The notes beneath the pieces are model-generated. The model searched no databases. It saw only the letters and a program-made list of their open reading frames with translations, and had not been told where the DNA came from. The position numbers were made by a program, and so were the translations under genes. DNA of 64,000 nucleotides from positions 2,303 through 66,302 of the forward strand of contig CAZHXG010000006.1 of assembly GCA_964536285.1 (NCBI GenBank), read 5' to 3'. This DNA comes from an uncultured Bifidobacteriaceae bacterium. GTDB taxonomy: Bacteria; Verrucomicrobiota; Verrucomicrobiia; Limisphaerales; UBA11358. Positions 37,500 through 46,423 of the stretch are shown piece by piece. Numbering within the stretch: position 1 is the first letter of the stretch; the number at the start of each line of letters is the position of its first letter.

Positions 37500-40208
37500 T
37501 TATTTCGGCACCGGCCCTTGAGTCACCTGCACAAGGTCGCCGGGACGAATCCATTTTGCGAAAGCCTTTTGGATGTCTTTCGCGTCGAGCTTCGCCCAAA
37601 TCCGTCCGGCGCGGACCGGTTCGTCCAACGGCAGATCAAGCGCCGTGTAATGCAGCCAGCCCTGCGCGATATAATCCACGCTTGATTCGGCGAGCGGAAT
37701 GTCGCGAAGAAGACCGATCTTGGTCTGAAGCAATTCTTGCGGTGAAACTTTTTTCGTCTGCATGTCCTTGACGTCGCTCAAAATGATGTCGCGCGCCTTC
37801 GAAACGTTCGGGGGGTCGCAGCCGAATTCAAATTGATAAACACTGCGCGTCAGGCCGGCGTTGAACGTCGGAAAAACGTAATAGACCAGCCCGCTCTTCA
37901 CGCGGAGGTCTTGATACAAACGGGTGGCGAAGGAATTTCCCCCGAGCACATGGTTGCCCAACTGCAAGGCGTAGTAATCGGCGTTGGTGCGTGAGAGCGG
38001 CAACGTTTCGGCCAGAAGTACCTTGTCCTGCACGCGGCTGGAATCCGGCACTTGGATCGTGAAAGCGGCATTGGGCGGAGCCGGCGGAAAAAGCGTGTCC
38101 GGTTTTTCGCCGTCGACTTTCCAACCGCCAAAATATTTTGAGACGACGGCCACGGCGTTTTCCGGCGAAACATTGCCGATGACAACAATGGTCGTGAGGT
38201 CGGGACGGAACGCAGCGTGATAATAATTTTTCACGTCATCAATCGTGAGTGACTTTATGGAATCCGGCGTCGTCTCGCGTTGCGCCGGGTCTTGTTTTGG
38301 GAACAGCGCGGCGTTCAGCGAGCGTCCGAGGATGTGATCGGGACTCCGCAATTCTCCGGCGGCGGCGGCGGCGAGTTGCGGTTGGAGGATCTTGAAATCG
38401 TTTTCGGGCAGAGCCGGGGAAAGTTCGTTGTCCGCGAGCAGTTGCACGCCGCGCTCGAATTGGTCGGTCAAGACTTGCAACGAAAAATCCGCGCCAGCCG
38501 ATTCAACCGCGCCGATGTCATCAAGCGCCTTTTGGAAGGCGAGCCGGTCTAGCGATTTTGTGCCGTAGGAAAAAAGCTGGCCAAGCGCCGAATCCACGCC
38601 GTCCTTGCCCGCGGGCATCTGGACCTTCGGATTGTTTTTGACGCGGCCATAAACGCTGACGGTGTCGCTGATGGTTTCCGGCTGCACGACGAGCTTGATT
38701 CCGTTGGGCAGATTTGTGATGAATGGATCCAGCGTCGAAACGGGAATCTCAAGCTGCTTGTTGATTTTTTCGGCCCACGGCGGCAGCTTCACGTTGACGT
38801 TCTTTGAAGACGCAAACGATTCCGCGCCGCCGAAACTTTTTGACGAGATCGGTTTGTCCGAGGGTTGCGGCGAGAGGATGGCGGAAATGGCGTGGTCAAA
38901 ATCCAGATATTGTTTCGCGACGCGATTGACATCTTCAACGGTGACTTTGCGGAACGCGTTGATGTCGTCGTCCGGCGACTGCCGACCTTCGTTCGCGACC
39001 GCTTCCGACCACGCCGACGCCAGTCCCTGGACGGAATTTTTCTGCAACTCGGCGCTCGCGATTTCGCGGCGTTTGGCCGCTTCGACCAGATCGGCGTTGA
39101 TGCCATTGGCGATCTCGGCGAGAAGGATTTCCTTCACTTGATTCAACAAATTTGTTGAATCGCCGCCCGCCGGAAATCCGGCGAACGCATAGCCGAGGCC
39201 GAATTTTTGCAAAGTCTCATAATCAAATTCGGCGGACAGCGCCTTGCCTTCCGGCACGAGGCCGTAAAGTTTTCCGCGCTGGCTGCCCAGCACGTCGGAC
39301 AAAATCTGCGCGGCGGCGAAGTCGGGATTGTCGGAGCCGGGAAAACGAAATGAGATAGCAATCAGTCCATTCGGCAAATCGGTGTCGAGCTTCATCGTGT
39401 CCGGTTTCACCGGCTGAAAATTGAATTCGGGCCGCGCGGGAAGTTCCTTGGACGGAATGCCGCCGAAAATTTTCCTCACCTGTTCCAGCGTTTGTTCCGT
39501 CTGAACGTCGCCGACGATGACGAGGATGGCGTTGTTCGGCGCGTACCACGTGTTGTGGAATTTTCGCAGCTCGGCGTCCGTCGTTTTGTCGAAGGACGGC
39601 CGCGTGCCGAGCGGGCTGTGTTCATACGGCGAGCCTTTGAACATGGCCGCCAGAAGCTGCTCGTAAAAGACGTATTCGGGATTCGACAAATCCGCTGCGA
39701 CTTCCTGCTCGATGGCGCCGCGTTCCTTTTCCCAAAGTTTTGAATCCGCCAAAAAGTCGCGCATCCGCACGGCTTCGATGTGCAGGGCGACGTCCAGATG
39801 CTCGACGGGCATGGAGAAAAAATATTGCGTGATGGCGTGTTGCGTGTCCGCGTTGTCGTCGCCGCCCAAAGCCGCCGTGATGCCCGCCAACTGGTCGGCA
39901 GACAATCCGGGGCTGCCGCGGAACATCATGTGTTCCGTCGCGTGCGCCGTGCCGGGAAATGCGGCGGGACATTCGTCCGCGCCGACGCGATAATTGATCA
40001 TCGTGGTGACGACCGGCGCGAGCGTGTTGCGGACGATGATGACTTGCAGGCCGTTGGTCAGCGTGGTTCGCAACACATCCTGTTTGGACGAGACTTCGCC
40101 GGTCGCAGCCCGGGTTGCAGAAAACAATCCGAGCAGGAGATGAAAAACGAGAACCAGCGAGACGGCTCGCACGCTTTTATTTGCAGTCATAATAGAATTT
40201 TCAGACAA
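37500..40208 (-). CDS. Secreted M16 family zinc peptidase
   Basis: 902 aa. Signal peptide; HATEHMMFRGS (HxxEH); duplicated TLxNG...PNN/RPD halves. Confidence 0.92.
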   Translation of the reverse strand: MSENSIMTANKSVRAVSLVLVFHLLLGLFSATRAATGEVSSKQDVLRTTLTNGLQVIIVRNTLAPVVTTMINYRVGADECPAAFPGTAHATEHMMFRGSPGLSADQLAGITAALGGDDNADTQHAITQYFFSMPVEHLDVALHIEAVRMRDFLADSKLWEKERGAIEQEVAADLSNPEYVFYEQLLAAMFKGSPYEHSPLGTRPSFDKTTDAELRKFHNTWYAPNNAILVIVGDVQTEQTLEQVRKIFGGIPSKELPARPEFNFQPVKPDTMKLDTDLPNGLIAISFRFPGSDNPDFAAAQILSDVLGSQRGKLYGLVPEGKALSAEFDYETLQKFGLGYAFAGFPAGGDSTNLLNQVKEILLAEIANGINADLVEAAKRREIASAELQKNSVQGLASAWSEAVANEGRQSPDDDINAFRKVTVEDVNRVAKQYLDFDHAISAILSPQPSDKPISSKSFGGAESFASSKNVNVKLPPWAEKINKQLEIPVSTLDPFITNLPNGIKLVVQPETISDTVSVYGRVKNNPKVQMPAGKDGVDSALGQLFSYGTKSLDRLAFQKALDDIGAVESAGADFSLQVLTDQFERGVQLLADNELSPALPENDFKILQPQLAAAAAGELRSPDHILGRSLNAALFPKQDPAQRETTPDSIKSLTIDDVKNYYHAAFRPDLTTIVVIGNVSPENAVAVVSKYFGGWKVDGEKPDTLFPPAPPNAAFTIQVPDSSRVQDKVLLAETLPLSRTNADYYALQLGNHVLGGNSFATRLYQDLRVKSGLVYYVFPTFNAGLTRSVYQFEFGCDPPNVSKARDIILSDVKDMQTKKVSPQELLQTKIGLLRDIPLAESSVDYIAQGWLHYTALDLPLDEPVRAGRIWAKLDAKDIQKAFAKWIRPGDLVQVTQGPVPK

Positions 40209-40367
40209 ACGATAGACGCCGGACGTTCAAGTGCGAGAAAAAACATGACAAGAATGATTGTCGGCATTGCCTCAATTTGGCGCATTTCCCGGCCTGCCAT
40301 GAGACAGGCGTTTACATCGCGTGCGAATTTGATTGGCATTCTTTATGCGGGCATTTAACTTCGAACT

Positions 40368-41060
40368 ATGATTGCTGCGGTAACACAAGCTACACATTCC
40401 GGTTCATCCTGGTCTCTCGACAACCTGCCGTTCAACATCTTCGACTTGGCGCTGGTGGCGGTGATCGCCTTCGGACTTTTTCGCGGACGCAGAAATGGCA
40501 TGACAAAGGAAGTCTTGCCGACATTCCAATGGATTACAATCGTCCTGGTGTGCGGGCTTGGCTACGAAATGATCGGGGAACTGGTCGTCAACATTTCCGG
40601 ATGGGACAAACTCCTGGCTTACGTCTTGAGTTATCTTTTTCTGGCGCTTCTTGTGTATCTGCTGTTTGTGCCGTTGAAAAAAGCCTTGATGCCGCGCCTG
40701 ACGGGCAGCAATTATTTCGGCGGCGCGGAATATTATCTGGGCATGGTCTCGGGCATGATCCGCTATGTCTGCATCCTCCTTTTCTTTCTGGCGCTGTTGA
40801 ACGCGCCGTATTACACGGCGGCGGAAATTCAAGCGCACCAGGCTTATGCCGCGCGCTGGTATGGCGGCGGAGAAAAAGGTTTCAGCGGCGACTATTTCCC
40901 GACCCTGCAACAGGTGCAGGAAGATGTTTTCAAAAAATCCCTCATCGGCCCTTTCATCAAGGATTATCTCGGCGCTGTGCTCATCAATTCCGTTCCGAGC
41001 GATGCCGACAAACAAAAACTGGTGCCGCAGAAAAAACCGATCATCCACATCGGAAATTGA
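40368..41060 (+). CDS. cvpA: CvpA (colicin V production) family membrane protein
   Basis: FDLALVAVIAFGLFRGRRNGMTKE; several TMs; LGMVSGMIR. Confidence 0.75.
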   Translation: MIAAVTQATHSGSSWSLDNLPFNIFDLALVAVIAFGLFRGRRNGMTKEVLPTFQWITIVLVCGLGYEMIGELVVNISGWDKLLAYVLSYLFLALLVYLLFVPLKKALMPRLTGSNYFGGAEYYLGMVSGMIRYVCILLFFLALLNAPYYTAAEIQAHQAYAARWYGGGEKGFSGDYFPTLQQVQEDVFKKSLIGPFIKDYLGAVLINSVPSDADKQKLVPQKKPIIHIGN

Positions 41061-41086
41061 AGGGCGCGTCGCGCCACTGAAAGCGC

Positions 41087-42889
41087 ATGGCCGGAATTTC
41101 TCCCGCAACCCTCGAACGCATCCGCGCCGCCAGCGACATCGTTGACGTCATCGGCTCGTATCTGCCGCTGAAAAAAGCCGGCGCGAACTTCACCGCGCTC
41201 TGTCCGTTCCACAAGGAAAAGACGCCGAGCTTCAACGTCAATCCGCACAAGCAGATTTTTCATTGCTTCGGCTGCCACAAAGGCGGCGACGTTTTCACCT
41301 TCGTCAAGGAATACGAAAATATCGGCTTCGTGGACGCCGTGCGCCGTCTCGCCGAACGCGCGAAAATTCCGCTGGAGTTCGACAACAATCCCGCCGCACA
41401 GGAATCACGTCATCTCAAGGATCAATTGCTGGAAATCCATGAGAAAATCACGCAGCGCTGGCAAAATTGTCTCGCCAACGAAGCCGCCGGACAACTCGCG
41501 CGGGATTATTTGGCCAAGCGCGGCGTTTCCGCCGCCGCGATAAAATTATTCAGGCTCGGTGCCGCGCCGGAACTTTGGGACGACACGGTGAACTGGGCGA
41601 AAAGCAAAAATTACGAATTACCGCTCGTCGAGAAAGCCGGACTCATCATCCGTAAAGAAGAAACCGGAAATTACTACGACCGTTTTCGCGGGCGACTCTT
41701 GTTTCCGATCTGCGACGAACAGGGCAGGGTGATCGGTTTTAGTGGACGCGTTCTATCCGGTGATGAAAAAACGGCGAAGTATGTCAACTCGCCCGAAACG
41801 CCGATTTTCACCAAGAGTAAAGTTTTCTTCGGCCTCGACAAATCCAAACGGGCGATTCTCGACGCCGGATTCGCCGTCGTCTGCGAAGGGCAGCTCGACT
41901 TGATTGCGTGTTTCATGGCCGGAATCCAAAACGTCGTCGCGCCGCAGGGCACGGCCTTCACCGACCAGCACGCGCGCATCATCAAACGCTACGTCAACGA
42001 AGTCGTTTTGTGTTTCGATTCCGACAATGCCGGACAAAGCGCCGCCGTCCGTTCGCTCGACCATCTGCTCGCGTCCGGCCTTGCGGTGCGCGTAGCCGTC
42101 GTGCCCGCGCCACACGACCCGGACAGCTTCATCAAAAATTTCGGCGGAGAAAAATTTCGTCAACTCGTCGAGAATGCCGAGGGATTTTTCGATTATTTTT
42201 TAAATCGTCTTTGCACGCAGAACGACGCGAACAGCGACAAAGGCCGGATCGCCATTTTACACGCCATGGCCGAAGCCGTTCACAAAACCGGCAATGTCGT
42301 TTTGATTGACACTTACGCGCAAAAAACCGCGCTGCGATTGGGCGTTTCACCTGAAGCTGTCCGCGCTGAATTCAAAAAAGTTCCTGTCACAAAGACCGCG
42401 CCGGACGAAGGCGAAGACGAATCTTTTGAGGCCGCCGAATCCGAAGCGCCGCGCCCGTCGCTGTATGAATTTCATCTGCTAAAATTGCTTTTGTTGCACG
42501 ACGGGCTGGTTTCGTGGGTCGCGTTGCATCTGGACTTGAATTGGGTTTTGCATCCATTGGCGCGGCAGATTGTCGAACGGCGGCTCGCGACGCAACAAAA
42601 TGAAAACTGGAAAAGTCTCGCCGCGTTTTTGGACGGGTGTGAATCGGCGGAAATGCGCAGTCTCGTCACCGAAGCGGTCGCCGAGGACCGGAAGATTCCG
42701 AATCCTGAAACACAACTGGCCGATGTGATTTTGAAATTGCGCAACCAGTTTCTCGACCGTCAAATCGCCGCGCTGACACAAAAGGCAAGTCAGTCGGAAA
42801 TTTCCGACGCTGAAAAAATTGAGTCGCTGCGCCAGCAACAAAAATTGCGCGAGCAGAAACGCGCGCAACTCTCACAATTGCAAAATTAA
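41087..42889 (+). CDS. dnaG: DNA primase
   Basis: CPFH...CFGC Zn finger, YDRFRGR, KYVNSPET, EGQLD TOPRIM, FDSDNAGQ, DPDS. Confidence 0.98.
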   Translation: MAGISPATLERIRAASDIVDVIGSYLPLKKAGANFTALCPFHKEKTPSFNVNPHKQIFHCFGCHKGGDVFTFVKEYENIGFVDAVRRLAERAKIPLEFDNNPAAQESRHLKDQLLEIHEKITQRWQNCLANEAAGQLARDYLAKRGVSAAAIKLFRLGAAPELWDDTVNWAKSKNYELPLVEKAGLIIRKEETGNYYDRFRGRLLFPICDEQGRVIGFSGRVLSGDEKTAKYVNSPETPIFTKSKVFFGLDKSKRAILDAGFAVVCEGQLDLIACFMAGIQNVVAPQGTAFTDQHARIIKRYVNEVVLCFDSDNAGQSAAVRSLDHLLASGLAVRVAVVPAPHDPDSFIKNFGGEKFRQLVENAEGFFDYFLNRLCTQNDANSDKGRIAILHAMAEAVHKTGNVVLIDTYAQKTALRLGVSPEAVRAEFKKVPVTKTAPDEGEDESFEAAESEAPRPSLYEFHLLKLLLLHDGLVSWVALHLDLNWVLHPLARQIVERRLATQQNENWKSLAAFLDGCESAEMRSLVTEAVAEDRKIPNPETQLADVILKLRNQFLDRQIAALTQKASQSEISDAEKIESLRQQQKLREQKRAQLSQLQN

Positions 42890-42923
42890 AAAGGCGCAAT
42901 CCATTTCGGACTGCGCCTTTTTT
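42888..42923. terminator. Bidirectional intrinsic terminator
   Basis: AAAAAGGCGCA-(ATCCATTTCGGAC)-TGCGCCTTTTTT between convergent genes. Confidence 0.85.
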
Positions 42924-42939
42924 GCTAGAGCGGCAAAAT

Positions 42940-43353
42940 TTATTTCGCGCCTTGGTCAATCCACGCGCGGATCAAGCCGATTTGTTCCGGAGTGAGCGGC
43001 ACGGCCTTTTTGCCTTTGGGCATAAAGGTGTCGGGGTCGCCCACATGAGCTACGCTCAAAACAAGATCGCTCTTGGTACTGTTGCCCGGAATGATCACTT
43101 TTCCATCTTTGCTGCCTTTGAGCGCGCCTTCGAGGGTGTCGAGCGACAGTTTGGCTGCCTGTTTTGGCTTTTTACTGTCATGGCACTTTAGGCAGGCGAC
43201 ATCAAAAATCGGTTTGATGTCCGTTGCGTAAGTCACGCCGGTTTTTGTCGAGGCTGGCGGTAACGTGGGTGCTGCGCCGTCGGCATAAGCGGCAACGGCC
43301 AGTCCAAACGTGGCGGCCAATGTGACGGTGATGAATTTGGTCATGGTTTTCAT
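42940..43353 (-). CDS. Monohaem c-type cytochrome (planctomycete cytochrome c-like domain)
   Basis: Signal peptide; DIKPIF..ACLKCH; IIPGNSTKSDL; MP; IGLIRAWIDQGA. Confidence 0.88.
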   Translation of the reverse strand: MKTMTKFITVTLAATFGLAVAAYADGAAPTLPPASTKTGVTYATDIKPIFDVACLKCHDSKKPKQAAKLSLDTLEGALKGSKDGKVIIPGNSTKSDLVLSVAHVGDPDTFMPKGKKAVPLTPEQIGLIRAWIDQGAK

Positions 43354-43443
43354 TTGTAAATTTTATTTTGTTTCGCGGACGATTTCATCTTAAGACGCCA
43401 GGGATGTCAAAAAGTTTCAGTCAAAAACTTCGCGCAAGCCGGC

Positions 43444-43472
43444 TTGCGGGCGACCTGCCGTTCCGTCAATCT
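43444..43472 (+). promoter_or_regulatory. Sigma70-type promoter, leaderless geometry
   Basis: TTGCGG-17 bp-CAATCT, then 6 nt, then GTG at 43479. Confidence 0.45.
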
Positions 43473-43478
43473 TTGCGC

Positions 43479-44333
43479 GTGAACATTGAGGATTTTTCCG
43501 ATGCGATGCTTGTCGTTCTCGGCCACGGCACGGTTTTGAACGACAATTCCGCTGCGCCGGTTTTCCAGCACGCGGCGGAATTGCGCCGCCGGAAAATTTT
43601 CGCCGAAGTCCGCGAGGCGTTCTGGAAACAGGAGCCGCAAATCAAAAAAGTCCTGGCTGATATTTTCGCGTCGCGAATTTTTATCGTACCACTCTTTATC
43701 AGCGAAGGCTATTTCAGCACCGAAATCATTCCGAAGGAACTCGGTTTTGATCTTCCTCGAACTTTAAGATTGAAAACTGAAAACTCTGAAATTTTTTACT
43801 GCAAGCCGATTGGTTCGCATGAAAGCATGACAAAGGTCGTTTTGTCTCGCGCGGATGAAGTCGTGAAAAAATTTCCGTTTCCACGCCCGCCGAAAAATTC
43901 AGAGACAACGCTGTTCATCGCCGGTCACGGCACGGAGAAAAATGAGAATTCGCGCAAAGTCATCGAGCGGCAGGTCGGATTGATCCGTGACATGAAGGTT
44001 TACGCGGATGTTCAAGCGATTTTTCTGGAAGAATCGCCGCACATTTCGGATTGTTTTCAAATCGCGCGGACAAAAAACATCGTCATCGTTCCCTTTTTTA
44101 TCAGCGACGGTTTGCATACGCAGGAAGATATTCCGGTTTTGCTGGGCGAGCCAGAACGGATCGTGAAACAACGGCTCGCTACTGGCCAGCCTGTCTGGCG
44201 GAATCCGACTGAAAGGAACGGCAAGCTCGTCTGGTATGCACCGTCCGTCGGCACTGCGCCGCAAATCGCCGACGTGATTTTGGAACGAGTGATCGAAACT
44301 TGTAGCAGCCGACGTAAGTCGGCTCAAATTTGA
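43479..44333 (+). CDS. CbiX/SirB-like chelatase-fold protein (two domains)
   Basis: Duplicated VLGHGT...VPLFISEGY and IAGHGT...VPFFISDGLH. Start set at GTG 43479 (ORF track: 43368). Confidence 0.8.
   Translation: MNIEDFSDAMLVVLGHGTVLNDNSAAPVFQHAAELRRRKIFAEVREAFWKQEPQIKKVLADIFASRIFIVPLFISEGYFSTEIIPKELGFDLPRTLRLKTENSEIFYCKPIGSHESMTKVVLSRADEVVKKFPFPRPPKNSETTLFIAGHGTEKNENSRKVIERQVGLIRDMKVYADVQAIFLEESPHISDCFQIARTKNIVIVPFFISDGLHTQEDIPVLLGEPERIVKQRLATGQPVWRNPTERNGKLVWYAPSVGTAPQIADVILERVIETCSSRRKSAQI
43771..43790. repeat. Short TGAAAAC tandem inside the CbiX-like gene
   Basis: TGAAAAC TGAAAAC TCTGAA, in the inter-domain linker RLKTENSE. Confidence 0.4.
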
Positions 44334-44360
44334 AATGAGCGGACTCACGTCCACTGCTAC
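44302..44360. repeat. GTAG-type REP doublet (REPIN-like)
   Basis: Left GTAGCAGCCGACGTAAGTCGGCTC; right copy reverse-complements to GTAGCAGTGGACGTGAGTCCGCTC; 11-bp spacer; each unit has its own internal hairpin. Confidence 0.85.
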
Positions 44361-44375
44361 GATTGAAATAAATTT

Positions 44376-45458
44376 ATGAAAAAACTACGGATTGGATTTT
44401 TGAGCACGGCGGGCATCGCCCGGAAAAATTGGAAAGCAATTTTCAGTTCCGGCAACGCAATCGTTTCCGCCGTCGCCAGCCGCGACATTAAGAAAAGCCG
44501 CAAGTTCATTGACGAATGTCAGCGCAAATTTGCATTCGCAAAAAAACCGCACGCATTTGGCAGTTACGACGAACTGCTCGCGTCGCCGGACGTGGACGCT
44601 GTTTATATTCCTTTGCCGACCGGTTTGCGCAAGGAATGGGTCGTGCGCGCCGCAAAAGCGGGCAAACACGTCGTCTGTGAAAAACCGTGCGCGGTGGACG
44701 CCGCCCATCTCGAAAAAATGATTTCCGTGTGCGCAAAAAACCGCGTGCAATTCATGGACGGCGTGATGTTCATGCACAATCCGCGCCTGCCGGAAGTCCG
44801 CAAATTTATGGACGACGGCAAAAGCGTCGGCGAAATCCGGCGGATTTCATCGGTGTTCAGCTTTTTTGGCGGCGGAAATTTTTTCCGCGACAACATCCGC
44901 GCGGACGGCGCGCTCGAACCTGCTGGTTGCCTCGGCGATCTGGGCTGGTATTGCATCCGTTTCACGTTGTGGGCGATGAATTGGAAACTGCCGCGCACGG
45001 TCACCGGAAAAATCCTTTCGCAATCCACCGCGACCGGCGGGCGCGTACCCGCGCCGGTTGAATTTTCCGCCGAACTGTTTTTTGACGGCGGCGTTTCCGC
45101 CGACTTTTATTGTTCGTTTATCGCCGAGCGGCAGCAATGGGTTTCCGTCATCGGCAAAAAAGGTTATTTGTGGATGCCTGATTTTGTCCATCCGTTCGAC
45201 AGCCGCGCGCCCGCATTTGAAGTCAATCAAACCGGAATCCGCGTCAAGGTTCCCGGCGCGGGAAGTCATCCGCGCGGTGCCGACCCGATGGACATGGGCC
45301 ATGCGACGGCGCAGGACACCCTGATGTGGCGCAATTTTGCGAAACACATTTCTTCCGGCAGGCTGAACAAGGACTGGCCGATGTGGGCGCTGAAAACGCA
45401 AAAGGTTTTGGACGCCTGCCTTGAATCAGCTTTGAAGAATCGCGCCGTTAAATTGTGA
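44376..45458 (+). CDS. Gfo/Idh/MocA family oxidoreductase
   Basis: LRIGFLSTAGIA, VDAVYIPLPT, GKHVVCEKP, GCLGDLGWYCI. Confidence 0.93.
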   Translation: MKKLRIGFLSTAGIARKNWKAIFSSGNAIVSAVASRDIKKSRKFIDECQRKFAFAKKPHAFGSYDELLASPDVDAVYIPLPTGLRKEWVVRAAKAGKHVVCEKPCAVDAAHLEKMISVCAKNRVQFMDGVMFMHNPRLPEVRKFMDDGKSVGEIRRISSVFSFFGGGNFFRDNIRADGALEPAGCLGDLGWYCIRFTLWAMNWKLPRTVTGKILSQSTATGGRVPAPVEFSAELFFDGGVSADFYCSFIAERQQWVSVIGKKGYLWMPDFVHPFDSRAPAFEVNQTGIRVKVPGAGSHPRGADPMDMGHATAQDTLMWRNFAKHISSGRLNKDWPMWALKTQKVLDACLESALKNRAVKL

Positions 45459-45501
45459 ATTGTTGAATCGGCTCAACGATTCAACGATTTAACGATTCAC
45501 G
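45455..45501. repeat. AACGATT-octamer palindromic element, copy 1
   Basis: GTGAATTGTTGAATCG-GCT-CAACGATT CAACGATT TAACGATT CACG. Confidence 0.75.
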
Positions 45502-45524
45502 AAACATCTTTCATCCATTATCTT
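45496..45524 (+). promoter_or_regulatory. Promoter of tyrA-aroA-cmk-plsC, leaderless geometry
   Basis: TTCACG-17 bp-TATCTT, then 6 nt, then GTG at 45531. The -35 box lies inside the repeat. Confidence 0.5.
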
Positions 45525-45530
45525 TGCCGC

Positions 45531-46415
45531 GTGCGCTTTCGGAAAATCACCATCATCGGCGTCGGCCTGCTCGGCGGCTCAATCGGGCTGGCTGCGAAGC
45601 GCAAAAAGCTCGCCCGCGAAGTCGCCGGTTTTGTCCGGCGCGCTTCGAGCGTCCTCGAATGCAAAAAATTCCGCGCGGTGGATTTCGCGACAACGGATTT
45701 GCGACGTGCGGTTGAAAACGCCGATCTAATTATTCTTTGCACGCCGCTGGCGCAAATGCGTTCGCTGACGGAATGCTTTTTGCCGGTGCTCAAACGCGGC
45801 GCGATCGTCACCGATGTCGGCAGCGTGAAATCCGGCGTCGTGCGCGAACTCGAATCGCTCGTCCAAAAATCCGGCGCGCATTTTGTCGGTGCTCATCCGA
45901 TGGCCGGCGCGGAAGAAACCGGTGTGGCCGCCGCGCGCGCGGATTTGTTCGCAAATGCCGTTTGTGTTTTGACGCCGACAAAAAAGACAAACAAGGCTGC
46001 GCTGAAAAAGGTTGGACAATTTTGGAAATCGGTCGGGTCGCGCGTGTTGAAATTGCCGCCGGAAACGCACGACGCGCTTGTCAGCCGTTCAAGCCACTTG
46101 CCGCACGTCGTTGCGGCGACGCTGGCGAATCTGGTTTTGAATCCTGCAAGCCCAAAACAACAGGCGGCGCTTTGCGCCACCGGTTTCCACGACACGACGC
46201 GCATCGCTTCCGGCTCGCCCGAAATGTGGCGCGACATCGCGCTGGCCAACCGGAAAAATCTGGCGAAGTCGCTGGACATTTTCGTTTCCGAATTACAAAA
46301 GTTTCAGCGTGTTTTGAAAAAGTCCGACGCGAAAGCCGTCTCAAAATTTTTCGAGGCCGCAAAATCACGGCGCGACCATTGGCGCGCGAATTCAATTTCA
46401 ACTTCGCCGGAATAA
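45531..46415 (+). CDS. tyrA: Prephenate/arogenate dehydrogenase
   Basis: IGVGLLGGSIG, VTDVGSVK, FVGAHPMAG, HD..V...SHLPH, TRIASGSPEMWRDI. Confidence 0.95.
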   Translation: MRFRKITIIGVGLLGGSIGLAAKRKKLAREVAGFVRRASSVLECKKFRAVDFATTDLRRAVENADLIILCTPLAQMRSLTECFLPVLKRGAIVTDVGSVKSGVVRELESLVQKSGAHFVGAHPMAGAEETGVAAARADLFANAVCVLTPTKKTNKAALKKVGQFWKSVGSRVLKLPPETHDALVSRSSHLPHVVAATLANLVLNPASPKQQAALCATGFHDTTRIASGSPEMWRDIALANRKNLAKSLDIFVSELQKFQRVLKKSDAKAVSKFFEAAKSRRDHWRANSISTSPE

Positions 46416-46423
46416 ATTTCGAG

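Noticed and set aside
40334-40348. Possible sigma54 promoter TGGCAT-N5-ATGC before cvpA
   Set aside because: GG-N10-GC spacing is correct but the -12 box deviates (ATGCG) and nothing else supports it.
45737-46423. 229-aa N-terminal extension of AroA (676-aa ORF), or a TyrA-AroA frameshift fusion
   Set aside because: The extension overlaps tyrA in another frame and has no protein-like features. AroA motifs start at ATG 46424, tyrA has its own stop, and I saw no canonical slippery heptamer plus stimulator.
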